From Octopus bimaculoides (lineage: Eukaryota): a stretch of 64,000 bases of DNA. The notes under the pieces are model-generated. The model was not told where the DNA came from. It saw only the letters and a list, made by a program, of their open reading frames with translations, and did no database searches. Below are positions 1 through 11,352 of the stretch, one piece after another; the first letter of the stretch is position 1; every line of letters begins with the position of its first letter. The DNA is taken from contig NC_068991.1 in the NCBI RefSeq assembly GCF_001194135.2, positions 51,104,107 through 51,168,106 on the forward strand. The letters run 5' to 3'. A program made the position numbers and the translations under genes.

Positions 1-35
<35 letters not shown>

Positions 36-38
<3 letters not shown>

Positions 39-556
39 ATTATAAATAAGGGCAAACGAAAAAAGATTCCTATGCCAATATGCTGAGAATAGACTTTAAA
101 TCATCAACCACCACATACAATATACATCACTATGAATATACGTCGTGCTGAAATCGAGGAAGGCAAGCTAACAGAATAATTTTTTAAAAATGCGTTATCT
201 CAATATTGAATCAATTTCAGGATTAATCCAATGGATTTTTCCCTCATCAGTAGAGAATACGATAAGAAATAAATGAAATAATTACAAGCACCCACGGAAA
301 AAAGCAGAAGCAAGAGTCATGAGTATACATAAGCACCTCACTTATATCTAAATATAAAATTCGTTAGCGAACCCCAGCACATGTGTGATTGGTCACAAAC
401 CACAATTTAAAAAAATTCTGTTAGCTTGTCTTCCTCGATTTCAGCACAACGTGTATTCATAGTGATGTATATTGTATGTGGTGATTGACGATTTAAAGTC
501 TATTCTCAGCATATTGGCAGAGAAATCTTTTTTCTTTTGCCCTTATTTATAATTGT
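36..556. mobile_element. Fold-back element with ~150-bp inverted arms and a hammerhead in the spacer (Penelope-derived or MITE)
   Basis: Arm 36-~190 (caattataaataagggcaaa...gctaacagaat) is the reverse complement of ~405-556 (attctgttagc...ttgcccttatttataattg), with scattered mismatches. Confidence 0.8.
192..261 (-). ncRNA. Type I hammerhead ribozyme motif with intact catalytic core
   Basis: Minus strand reads CGUAUUCUCUA-CUGAUGA-GGGA AA AAUCCA U UGGAUU AA UCCU-GAAA-UUG AUU CAA-U-A-UUGAGAUAACG. Stem I pairs 8/11, stem II is 4 bp plus 5-6 bp, stem III is 4 bp, and the cleavage triplet is AUA. Confidence 0.7.
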
Positions 557-643
557 TTATAATTTTCACCTTTAAAGGTATTTTTAATATGTTGGCCACT
601 TTGATGAAATTTTTTGGAAAAATTTTTTATCCTATATTAGAAG

Positions 644-707
<64 letters not shown>

Positions 708-1323
708 TATNNNNNNNNNNNNNNNNNNNNNNNNNNNNNNNNNNNNNNNNNNNNNNNNNNNNNNNNNNNNNNNNNNNNNNNNNNNNNNNNNNNNNNNNNN
801 NNNNNNNNNNNNNNNNNNNNNNNNNNNNNNNNNNNNNNNNNNNNNNNNNNNNNNNNNNNNNNNNNNNNNNNNNNNNNNNNNNNNNNNNNNNNNNNNNNNN
901 NNNNNNNNNNNNNNNNNNNNNNNNNNNNNNNNNNNNNNNNNNNNNNNNNNNNNNNNNNNNNNNNNNNNNNNNNNNNNNNNNNNNNNNNNNNNNNNNNNNN
1001 NNNNNNNNNNNNNNNNNNNNNNNNNNNNNNNNNNNNNNNNNNNNNNNNNNNNNNNNNNNNNNNNNNNNNNNNNNNNNNNNNNNNNNNNNNNNNNNNNNNN
1101 NNNNNNNNNNNNNNNNNNNNNNNNNNNNNNNNNNNNNNNNNNNNNNNNNNNNNNNNNNNNNNNNNNNNNNNNNNNNNNNNNNNNNNNNNNNNNNNNNNNN
1201 NNNNNNNNNNNNNNCTGTTGGCAAATTTTTCTCCTCCACCCATTTTGTAGAGGGTACTGCCCATTTTTCTGGGCTTTTTACACAGCTGTACTGGCATGCT
1301 AATGATTCTGCCAGCTCACCGCC

Positions 1324-1360
<37 letters not shown>

Positions 1361-1484
1361 TAATAATAATAATAATAAAACATGTATCAAACTTTACAAG
1401 ACCCACCTGTAAGAAAATATTATTCTGAAATAGTTTGTGCAAATTTAGTTTGATATGTAATTAATTATTATGATCTCTTCACAG

Positions 1485-1591
1485 AATATCTCCGTCAACG
1501 CTATGCAGTTATTATACTTCAAACAAATTACCGTTGCATTCGAGATCGTGTTCGGTTTGTTAAAAAGAAGAAAGCTGCCACCTTACTTCAG
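1485..1591 (+). CDS. Internal exon of an unconventional myosin gene: IQ motif region (xYLRQRYAVIILQTNYRCIRDRVRFVKKKKAATLLQ)
   Basis: Acceptor ctcttcacag|aa and donor cttcag|gtaaga; 107 nt, phase 1 to phase 0, stop-free. Contains the IQ consensus ILQTNYRCIRDRVRF and the first half of the next IQ motif (AATLLQ). Confidence 0.88.
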
Positions 1592-2973
1592 GTAAGACAA
1601 CCTTTTCATTTTACTAACTTCTCAATTTAAACAAGATGCCATTTAAACTTTTGCATGTGATAATTGTGTCTTTGTTTATAATGACAATGTAGCTGATGTT
1701 GGACTCATCGACTTATGGTTGCAAGGCATTGTAATTGGTAGATGCTTGTGCATGATTTATTTAGTGTACACTGGATCATTGCAGATCAATGTTCAGAAAC
1801 AACTCGTGATCAGAACTAGTGAATCAGATAATCATGATGCTAACTAAAATATTTGAAGATTCTTCTTTTGCTTTCTACAAGCAATATATAGGGTACTTTG
1901 AACTGAGTACAGCAAGATAAGGGAATATTGTAAATTATACAGTATTAAAAATCTTTTGTAGAAATGAACTTTATTCCATCATCATCATCATCATCACCTT
2001 TATCCTTATCCTCCCCATCATTTAATGTCTGTCTCTCATGCTGGGATTGGTTGGATGATTCGATGGGATCCAATGAACCAAAAGACTACGATGAGCTCCA
2101 ATAATATCTGCTTGGGCATGATTTCCATGGCTGGATGCCTTTCCTAATGCCGACCATTTTACAGAGTATACTGCTACCAGCACTTTTGAGGTCAGTTAAT
2201 CACTCATGGAACGAAAATGTCCCCTTGACTGAATGTGGCTTAAGCCATGTATTGGGAGGCTAAAGTATGATAGAGGGAAAGGAACAGGTGTCCAAAGCAT
2301 CTATTTAAGGTTCAGAATATCAAACCATCCAGATTGGAATGACTTCGCCATAGACGTAAGACAATGTGGTGATGGCTGTGTGATCAGCTAACCATTCCAG
2401 TAATGTTCAACAAAAATAATTTACTAAATTCTGTTGATTGTTTGAAGTGATTGCAAAATATAGGTTGTTCATTATTTCCTGTCTGGACTGCTAAACATTG
2501 ATTGTTCATTGTTTACTCTACTGATTGCTAAATATTGCTTGTTCATTATTTAAAATAATAGACATTCATTGTTTAGCCAGTTAGTTGCTTAAATATTGGA
2601 CATACAAAGTGTCTATACTGATTGGTAAACAGTATATCTTCAGTGTTATTAGATATTCAATATTTCCTTATGTTTGTTATCTGTTGTGCTAGCAAATGGA
2701 CTTGGTTAATGATTTTTACATAATTACCAAATCAATTCAAATACAAGTTGACCCTTAATATTTTTGTAGTTCTGCCTCAAAAATAAAATGACCTATAACA
2801 AAACGAATTTTCAAGGTTTTGTTTCAGATGACCCAACCCTCTCCCATAGTATGAAGGATATTTATAAGCCAAGACATCAAGGAGTAATTTCATTTCTCAT
2901 TGTCTTTCACAAGTAGGTTACAGTAAGTAGATGAAAGATGACAACCCCTGAACATTGTGTAAAAAACAAATGT

Positions 2974-3210
2974 TCATCTATTATTGCCATATTCAAAGAA
3001 ACAGAGGTTTAGAAAACATTCTCCTGGAAGGAAGAGTTGACAGCAGTAGATCAAGAGGCAGGCAAAGAATGCAATGGATGGGACAATATCAAGAGCAGGC
3101 TGGGCAAGAGTAGCAAGGCAGCTGAAGAATTTGTGCTTAATCAGGAAGACTTTTGTTGTAGTGTCATCAATGTGCTGCAGGCATATGACACATGGTGATG
3201 AAAATATCAA
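2974..3210 (+). mobile_element. RTE-clade LINE 3'-terminal fragment (degenerate)
   Basis: The + frame reads HIQRNRGLENILLEGRVDSSRSRGRQRMQWM, matching the C-terminal LEGxVEGxRxRGRxRxxW motif of RTE-type ORFs. Confidence 0.7.
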
Positions 3211-4886
3211 GAACTAGCTTAAATGCTGCACTCCCTGTGGACTTTTGAGGGCTAAATGGCCCTGCAGCCCTAAACTAAACAGAGCTATAATACATCTATA
3301 ATGACTATATGCCCTAATGGCATTTAATCAGAGGTTAAGGAGGGATGAGAATTAATTCTGTAATGCAATCATTCTATTGTTCTAGTCCCAAGTTGAATTC
3401 CAGCTGTTGGCCATTTTGTCCCAGAGTTCTTATCTTGACATAAAATTAATGAAGTGAATGTCATTCATCCCCCTTGATCTCTGATGTCAGCTAACAAATG
3501 CCAAACCAAGATGGCGTGAATCAACCAAGCTTTACCTGCTAGAAATAGCAACCCAAATACTTTTAAATCAGATCACAATGCTGAATGTTCAAGAATCAAA
3601 TGAAGGGCAGATTTTCAATCCTTGGATCATCCTAATTCCAAAAACGTATATGTCTATGTAGAGCAAATATAGACTGAGATACAGGGGTCCCAGGCGGACA
3701 AACAAGATTTCGCTTTTATTATTGTAGAAGCCTATTTTTTTAATAATTAATTTATACACATAACAGATAGGATTTAGAGCTCAAAACTGGTAATATATAA
3801 AAGGAAAACATGAATATATAGTTTAATACACTGAAGAAAATGTTTAAAAATCTCTTCTACTGTAGCTGTAGCAGTTATTTGTTTGTGTTATAAACAAATT
3901 TTAGTGTTACAAAATAATTTTTAAGAAACAGCTCTGTAAACTAACCAGATTTTTCAGTTCTACTTCTCCAGTCTGGAGGAGTGTTGTTATTTTTAATGAA
4001 TTACTTTCATTTAATCTTAATTATAAAATTACTGTAATATTAGTCATCTTCCCTTTAAGTAGCAAATTGTATGGAATCCATCAAACATGTTTGTGCAGGA
4101 ATTTCAAATTAATTACTTTCAAATTTAAAAAAATATTTTAAACTGGTTAATACATTGCCTGACATAATATCAATGTTTTAATGTTTAGAATCAGTTACTG
4201 GGTCTTGATTTACCTTTTTCTTTTGTTCTTTCTTAACTGGTGGAAATGGTCTTATCTTTCATATTTGTTTTGTGTCTGAAAGAAAAGATAGTTTTGCAGA
4301 AAGTTTTTTTTTTTTATATATTTCTTTTATTTTTTTAAAGTTTGACAAACGTCTTATTGACAAATTAGAACATGTATGTTACTTTCTGAAATAAATACTT
4401 CAATTTAATCTCTGATCAAAAATAAAGAAAATTAATAAAATTTTTTTTTTTAAATGCACTATTCATGAAATATGTTATAATGGAATGTATTAGCTTTTGA
4501 GAAAGTAATTTCCAATTTCTTTCCAAACAAATCTCTCAAGTTTATATTTCAATGGGAAAGGAATTAGTTTTACTATTGAAAAATATATTCACCTGTAACA
4601 TTAGCTGCCTTGAAATTGGTCATTGTATCAGTTAGATCGGAGATAAATTACTCTGGAATATATTGCTTGTGAAATACCTGCAATACGACACTTCACCTCC
4701 TCCATCAGCTCCCATCCTTCATCACTGCTAGCTATGATACCTTCTGCTAAGTGAAAAATGAAATTGGAAGCTACCTTCTGATTGGGTTTCATTGGCAGCT
4801 GACATTCTCAACACTGAACTGATATTGTCTGGAAGCAGTTTCCCAGTTCTTCTATCAGGCTTCAGTCTTAAGTAATTTGTATTCAG

Positions 4887-5199
4887 GCATGTTGGAAACT
4901 TACCAATGGTACATGAAAATGTTTCTGCATTCAGCTTTGTGCTGACCCAGCTGAATGACATGTTAAAGTGGGCGCTGCAAGCTGAGACTGACCAGCCAAA
5001 GCCATCATTGCCTTCCAAAGGATCATTGGTCAAAAAGAAATCTAATAATGTTACAAGCGTCAACAAAGTTGTTACTTTTACTGAAACGTCATTTACTAAT
5101 GAAGATGCACCTTCAGTGAAGAAAGCTTTCACTTTCACTGAAACCTCATTTCTTAGTGAAAATGCTGATGACTCAAGTGAAGATTCTGCAGAAGAGGAG
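4887..5199 (+). CDS. Candidate orphan or alternative coding exon (MVHENVSAFSFVLTQLNDMLKWALQAE...SENADDSSEDSAEEE)
   Basis: Open frame 4876-5214 in a GC-elevated island; strong donor gag|gtaaga at 5199/5200; possible acceptor gtattcag at 4886; ATG at 4906; protein-like composition with an internal TFTETSF repeat. Strand assignment is not certain. Confidence 0.45.
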
Positions 5200-6063
5200 G
5201 TAAGAGTTTGCTAACACTTGAATCACTTACTAATGACCTACTTGTAACAAACTATTTTTTTTTTGTTTTGTAACCAGAGACATCTATTTCATCTCTTAAA
5301 ATCAATCAAAGCAAATATTTTGACAAAATAATTAAGAAGAAGTAGAAAATGAAAATTTTAAGTGAAGCCATCAGTTTAATTCTAAACAGAACTACAAATT
5401 AATATATTGAATATTTTAATTTTATTTTCAATCTCCTTTATTTTGTATTTCAAAATTTCAATAAATGGGATATTAAAAGTACTGTGACACTGTAGCAGCT
5501 ATTAAATAATAAATATTTTCTAATCATTTCATTTAACAAACTACTTTAGTTGTCATAATCTGTAATAACATACAAACTGATATCATCTCCTTCATAAAAG
5601 TTTACATTTGCTATTTTGGTTATATTTGAAAATTCTACTGACAAAACACTTTAAACACAATATAAATATATATTATATAAATATTTACTATACATATATA
5701 CATTATACAATTTATATGTTTATTCTACCTGTATATTTATACTGTACATGTTAAACACACAAGTTAAATATGTGAGGAATATTAGAGAATGTTTTGTAAG
5801 AAATAAAAAAAATGTAGCTTTAATCATTCAAAACTGAAAAATTTTTAAATAGAGGGATTAATGCCGTATAATTATTGGTATTTAAAAACCAGTGTTTTTA
5901 GAGTTTTTATCTATATCCTTGTTGAAGTTTGCTTATTCTTCATCAACAGTAAACAGGTGGTAACTCAGATCTACAGGAAGTTATTAAAGGCTTGCTAGTC
6001 TCTAAGAAAAAATAGCTTATATTACAATAGTGACCATCTATATGTATGTCAATCTATCTATCC

Positions 6064-6125
<62 letters not shown>

Positions 6126-6228
6126 NNNNNNNNNNNNNNNNNNNNNNNNNNNNNNNNNNNNNNNNNNNNNNNNNNNNNNNNNNNNNNNNNNNNNNNNNNN
6201 NNNNNNNNNNNNNNNNNNNNNNNNNNNN

Positions 6229-6275
<47 letters not shown>

Positions 6276-7131
6276 CATCCATCCATTTGTCTGTATGAGT
6301 ATATGCTTCATCTATGTATGTGTGTGTGTGTTATATACATGCATATATACATGCATGCACATATTCATATATAGATAGATAGGTACATATATAAATAGAT
6401 AGATAGATAGATAGGTAGATAGACAGACAAATTGTTAGATAGATAGATAAATAGATATATTTATATGTATATGTGCACACAAATTCAGATGTGTACAATG
6501 AATGATATGTATGTGTATATATGTGTGTGTATATATGTATATATATATATATATATATATGTTATGTATATATGTATATATATGCATGTGTGTGTATATA
6601 CACACACACACACACACGTNNNNNNNNNNNNNNNNNNNNNNNNNNNNNNNNNNNNNNNNNNNNNNNNNNNNNNNNNNNNNNNNNNNNNNNNNNNATATAT
6701 ATATATATATATATATATACACATGTATATACACACACATAAATGAGTTTGTATATACAAACTATCTGCTTCAATTGGTAGTTGCCAAGACATTGCATCC
6801 TTTAAAACTTCCATGCTTCCTGAAATTCACCAACAATACACCTGATATCTCCACTTCCATATGCATGCACACATGTATATCATGACTCTTACACTGTTCA
6901 CCTTTCTACATAATTCTACGTATTGTACATACACCTTTGATGAGTTGTAGTGCACCTGAGCACTATACACAATAATTTCATTATTGTTATCATCATCATC
7001 ATCATCATCATTATTTATATGTATACGTATGCCTATGTGTATTCATGTATGTATCTTTCTAAATCTATCTATCTGTCTGTCTGTGTTATTTGCTATTAGC
7101 AACGAAAGCAGTATTAGTTCAAAATATTCTG

Positions 7132-7302
7132 TATACCTTACTAAATGTGGATATATTGCAGAAAGCCACAAAACTGCTGTATTCATATTCAGAGAGTTTC
7201 TTTTTTAGACATCTTGCACAAACGTTTCCTTGAGATGCCGTCTTGAGACAAATACTACAGTTTTGTGGCCTTGTACAATATATCTACATTAAGTAAGGTA
7301 TA
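7132..7302. repeat. Inverted repeat, ~45-bp arms
   Basis: tataccttactaaatgtggatatattgcagaaagccacaaaactg versus cagttttgtggccttgtacaatatatctacattaagtaaggtata. Confidence 0.7.
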
Positions 7303-7522
7303 TTGGATGATACACACACACACACACATGTGCATGTGTATAGTGCAATATAGAGAGCATGACATATAACCAATATCTTCCAGTATAGTTGAAAGAATGT
7401 GTCCATGAAGAGACAATATTTCAAAATATCCTGTGGTAGTTATCCATCAGCACTGTCAACACAGATTATATACACAAAATACTAATCTTCACTCTTATAC
7501 ACACACACACACCCATACATAC

Positions 7523-7556
<34 letters not shown>

Positions 7557-7612
7557 GTATACACACACACACTTATGCACATTTCTTCACTACTTTAACA
7601 TATATATATATA

Positions 7613-7835
7613 TTTTCAACAAATTTTATTCAACAAAACCAATAACAACATGTAACAAAAACATCTTTAAATGATTATTCTGGAGCATATTCACCATCCA
7701 CATCAATTACTGCTTCCCATTTGCTTAGCAGACGGTCAGGCCATCATTTAAAGATATTTTTGTTAAATATTGTTATTGTTTTTGTTGAATAAAATTTGTT
7801 GAAAAAAGCTACAATAATTATGCACCAACCCAATA
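7613..7835 (-). mobile_element. Non-autonomous mariner derivative (fold-back of the element 3' end)
   Basis: ~62-bp inverted arms; the spacer encodes DRLLSKWEAVIDVDGEYAPE* on the minus strand (mariner transposase C-terminus); the right end taattatgcaccaacccaa|ta is a mariner-type TIR followed by TA. Confidence 0.75.
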
Positions 7836-8089
7836 TATATAATTCTTAAGCAAGAGTATTATAGACAGTGACTTCAAAGTTTTGGCCTGTTAAGCCATTG
7901 TCAGCAGTCCAGTGATGATTTAAGTGGCTGAAACTTTCTCTGTCAATAATTTACTCGGTCAGGAATAATAAATTTCTACTCTACAAAAGTATGAAGTAAG
8001 CAATCAGATTAATGTAAAATTGTTTTTATTATAACTGAACATAAAAACAGATATTTACATCCATGTGTATATACATATATATTTATATA

Positions 8090-8430
8090 TATATATGTGG
8101 CTTATGCCAGTGCCACCTGACTGGCACCCATATTGGTGGCATGTAAAAAGTACCATTTGTGCGTAGACGATGCCAGTGCCAGTGGTATATAAAATGCATC
8201 ATTCGAGCTTGGTCGATGCCAGTCCTGCTTGACTGGCCTCCATGCCGATAACACTTAAAAAGCACACACTACACTCTCGGAGTGGCTGGTGTTAGGAAGG
8301 GCATCCAGCTGTGGAGACCTTGCCAGATCAGACTGGAGCCTGGTGCAGCCTCCTGGCTTGCCAGTCCTCAGTCAAACTATCCAACCCATGCCAGCATAGA
8401 AAGCAGACATTAAATGATGATGATGAGGAG
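8090..8430 (+). mobile_element. Interspersed repeat with RTE-like 3' tail ending in (GAT)n; further copies at ~2000-2200(-), 9590-9770(+), 13540-13770(-), 22360-22620(+), 30290-30346(-), 33310-33490(-), 41715-41880(-), 43760-43870(+), 45270-45465(+), 49775-50240(-)
   Basis: Shared core cactctcggagtggttggtgttaggaagggcatccagctgtagaaac...ccaacccatgccagcatggaaagcggacgttaaacgatgatgatg is visible in all copies. Confidence 0.75.
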
Positions 8431-9339
8431 GAGGATATATATGTGTGTGTGTGTGTATACAGAACATAAAGGAATTCATGAACTCAGAGAACTGAAGGGC
8501 TTAATTCCTTGTGGAGGCTTGATGGCCACTTTTTTTTACATCTTCGAAAGGGTATTTACCCAGTTTCCCAAGCTGTCTTCATAGCCTTCCTGTGTTCCCA
8601 AATTCCTTTATTTTCTATGGTGTAGAATACTAGCTCAAGCAGCACTTATAAGTTTGTTTACAATATACACACATTATGCACACACACACACACACTGCTG
8701 GATAGATAGGTAGAAAGATATCAGCTTATATGTTGGTCAGTTGATATGTGCATATCTGTATACACACACACACATATATTGTGTGTAGAGTTAGGCACCT
8801 CTGACAAGGTCTCTTAACTTGTTATCATCCTTCATCCTTCAGTACACACTACAACAGAAATAACTGACCAACCTTGTAATTTTTTTCCTGCTACTTTCTA
8901 CAGATGACTCCTCTCCCTACCATCACTAACTGGGTTGTGCCATGGTCTGGATTTTATCATACCACAAGCACTATCTTGACTAAATAGTAGTAAATAGTCT
9001 TTCCCCCTGTGTATAACTTTCTTAATATAAACTTTACTGCAGTCTTAGATGGGTGCAAGCCAATAATGTGACTAACTTCAAGTAGTGTTGACAATCTGAT
9101 TATTTCAGTTTTTGACATGATTTTACTGCTAAATACATTTTATGTCGCCTATCGTTTGACTGTTGTGTGCACACACGTGTGTGTGTGTGCATGCATGCAT
9201 GTGTGTGCATTTGTGTGCACGCATATGTGTGTGTGCTTGTGTGAGAGAATGTGTGTGTGTGTTTGTGTACAAATAGGTGTGCATAGGATCAAGAGACAAG
9301 GGCAGTTGACACATGCATCACCTATGCTGACACTATGTA

Positions 9340-9610
9340 AAAAGCAGCTATGCTGGTGTCACATAAAAAGAACCCATGATGTCTCCATGTAAAAAGCACT
9401 CCTGCTGGTGCCATACAAAAAATACCCATGGTGGCACAAACATAATAAGCACATATGCTGGTGCCATATAAAATGCACCTGTACTGGTGCCACACAAAAA
9501 GTACCCATGTAGTGCCACTTAAAAAGCACCTGTGCTGGTGTTATATAAAAAAAAGCACCTGTCCTGGCGCCATGTAAAAAGCTCTTGTGCTGGTGTGACA
9601 TAAAAAGCAC
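9340..9610 (+). repeat. Degenerate ~26-bp minisatellite (tgctggtgccatgtaaaaagcacc-like), about 10-11 units
   Basis: Repeated tgctggtgc...aaaaagcac units lie directly 5' of an RTE-tail repeat copy. Confidence 0.75.
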
Positions 9611-10192
9611 CAAGTACACTCTGTAAAATGGTTGACATTAAGAAAGGCATCCAGCTGTAGAAACCAAGTCAAAACAGACAACCAGAGCCTGGTGCTGCTC
9701 TCTGGCTGACCAGCTCCTGTCAAACTGACCAACTCATGCCAGTATGGAAAAAGGACATGATGATGATGACAACAACATCTATCTTTCTAAAACATACACT
9801 GGCTGTTGTATGTCAATGATTCTTTCTTTTAATTTCATTTTCTTTATGTTTCATTTCTTATCCCTTCTTGTATGAATATCCCCCAATGGTCCCTTTTCTG
9901 ATGGCATCTTTTACAGATTTTATCTGGCAGTTTCTTTATCTGACATTTTTGTCTTCTGACAAAATGATAATTATTTCCTCTCAAAACAATTGTAAAGTAT
10001 GAAATGGGAATAAATATTCCCCTCCCGCATTATGTAAAATGAATCTGTACTCAACAGATATGGCACCATGGTCTTTGGATTATGTGCAGGTAGAATGAAC
10101 TGCGTTCTTTATAGCAGTTCTTGTACATGTTTTTAGATACTTTCATACTCTATTTACCTATATATGTACATATATGCATATGAATACATATG

Positions 10193-10290
<98 letters not shown>

Positions 10291-10302
10291 GTATATGTGG
10301 CG

Positions 10303-10578
10303 TTTTGGGCGAGTGTCTTCTACTATGGCCTTGGGCTGAACAAAGCCTTGTGAGAGGATTTGGTAGAATGAAACTGAAAGAAGCCCATCGTTTATATATA
10401 TGTGTATGTAGGTATATATTTATGTGTGTGCGTGTCTTTGTTCCCCCACCATCACTTGACAACCATTGTTGGTTTGTTTACTTTCCTGTAACTTAGTGGC
10501 TCAGCAAAAGAGACTAAAACCCTTTAAGGCAGTGGTCCAGCATGGCCACACTCAAATAGCTGAAACAAAAGAATAAAA
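10303..10578 (+). mobile_element. tRNA-derived SINE family A (head, internal TA/CA microsatellite, tail), partial copy
   Basis: ttgggcgagtgtcttctactatggccttgggctgaacaaagccttgtgag...gaaactgaaagaagcc, then (TA)n, then the ccaccatcacttgacaacc tail. Confidence 0.8.
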
Positions 10579-10621
10579 GAAAATATGTATAATATATATA
10601 TGTACATATGTATATATGTAC

Positions 10622-10671
<50 letters not shown>

Positions 10672-10788
10672 TCATACATATACATGCTAATATCAAATAC
10701 TGAAAATTAGTGCTAAGAGGTAACTCCTTATGTAACTCCATTAGTAGCCTCTTTAACCCACAAATAATGTGTGTATGTGTATATATAT

Positions 10789-11005
10789 ACTCTTTTACTC
10801 TTTTACTTGTTCCAGTCATTTGACTGTGACCATGCTGGAACACTGCCTTTAGGCGACCAAATTGATCCCAGGACTTATTCTTTGTAAGCCTAGTACTTAT
10901 TCTATTAGACTCTTTTGCCAAACCGCTAAATTATGGAGACGTAAACACACCAGCATCAGTTGTCAAGCGATGTTGGGGGGACAAACATAGACACACAAAC
11001 ATATC

Positions 11006-11041
<36 letters not shown>

Positions 11042-11136
11042 CATACATACGATGGGCTTCTTTCAGTTTCATTCTACCAAATCCACTCACAAGGCTTTGG
11101 TCGGCCCAAGGCCATAGTAGAAGACACTTGCCCAAA
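10789..11136 (-). mobile_element. SINE family A, inverted relative to the 10303 copy
   Basis: ctcttttacttgttccagtcatttgactgtgaccatgctgg...gggcttctttcagtttc...gaagacacttgccc. Confidence 0.8.
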
Positions 11137-11316
11137 ATGATACACACATATACATATATGTATATATATACGCACACACACACGTGTGTGTGTGCACGCN
11201 NNNNNNNNNNNNNNNNNNNNNNNNNNNNNNNNNNNNNNNNNNNNNNNNNNNNNNNNNNNNNNNNNNNNNNNNNNNNNNNNNNNNNNNNNNNNNNNNNNNN
11301 NNNNNNNNNNNNNNNN

Positions 11317-11352
<36 letters not shown>

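Noticed and set aside
553-1302. Long track ORFs spanning N runs (also 23332-24433, 30296-30900, 57273-57887 and others)
   Set aside because: Artefacts of translating assembly gaps and dinucleotide repeats.
4214-4275. Minus-strand exon-like unit (ttctttcag|...aaaaag|gtaaat)
   Set aside because: All three frames contain stops; at most non-coding, and no other support.
6930-6990. ttgatgag...gtagtgcacctgagcactat hairpin resembling a hammerhead
   Set aside because: Lacks the CUGAUGA and GAAA cores; better explained as a LINE 3' tail ending in (ATT/ATC)n.
8903-8990. Strong + strand acceptor followed by MTPLPTITNWVVPWSGFYHTTSTILTK*
   Set aside because: Short, no donor, no recognisable motif; chance acceptors are common in T-rich introns.
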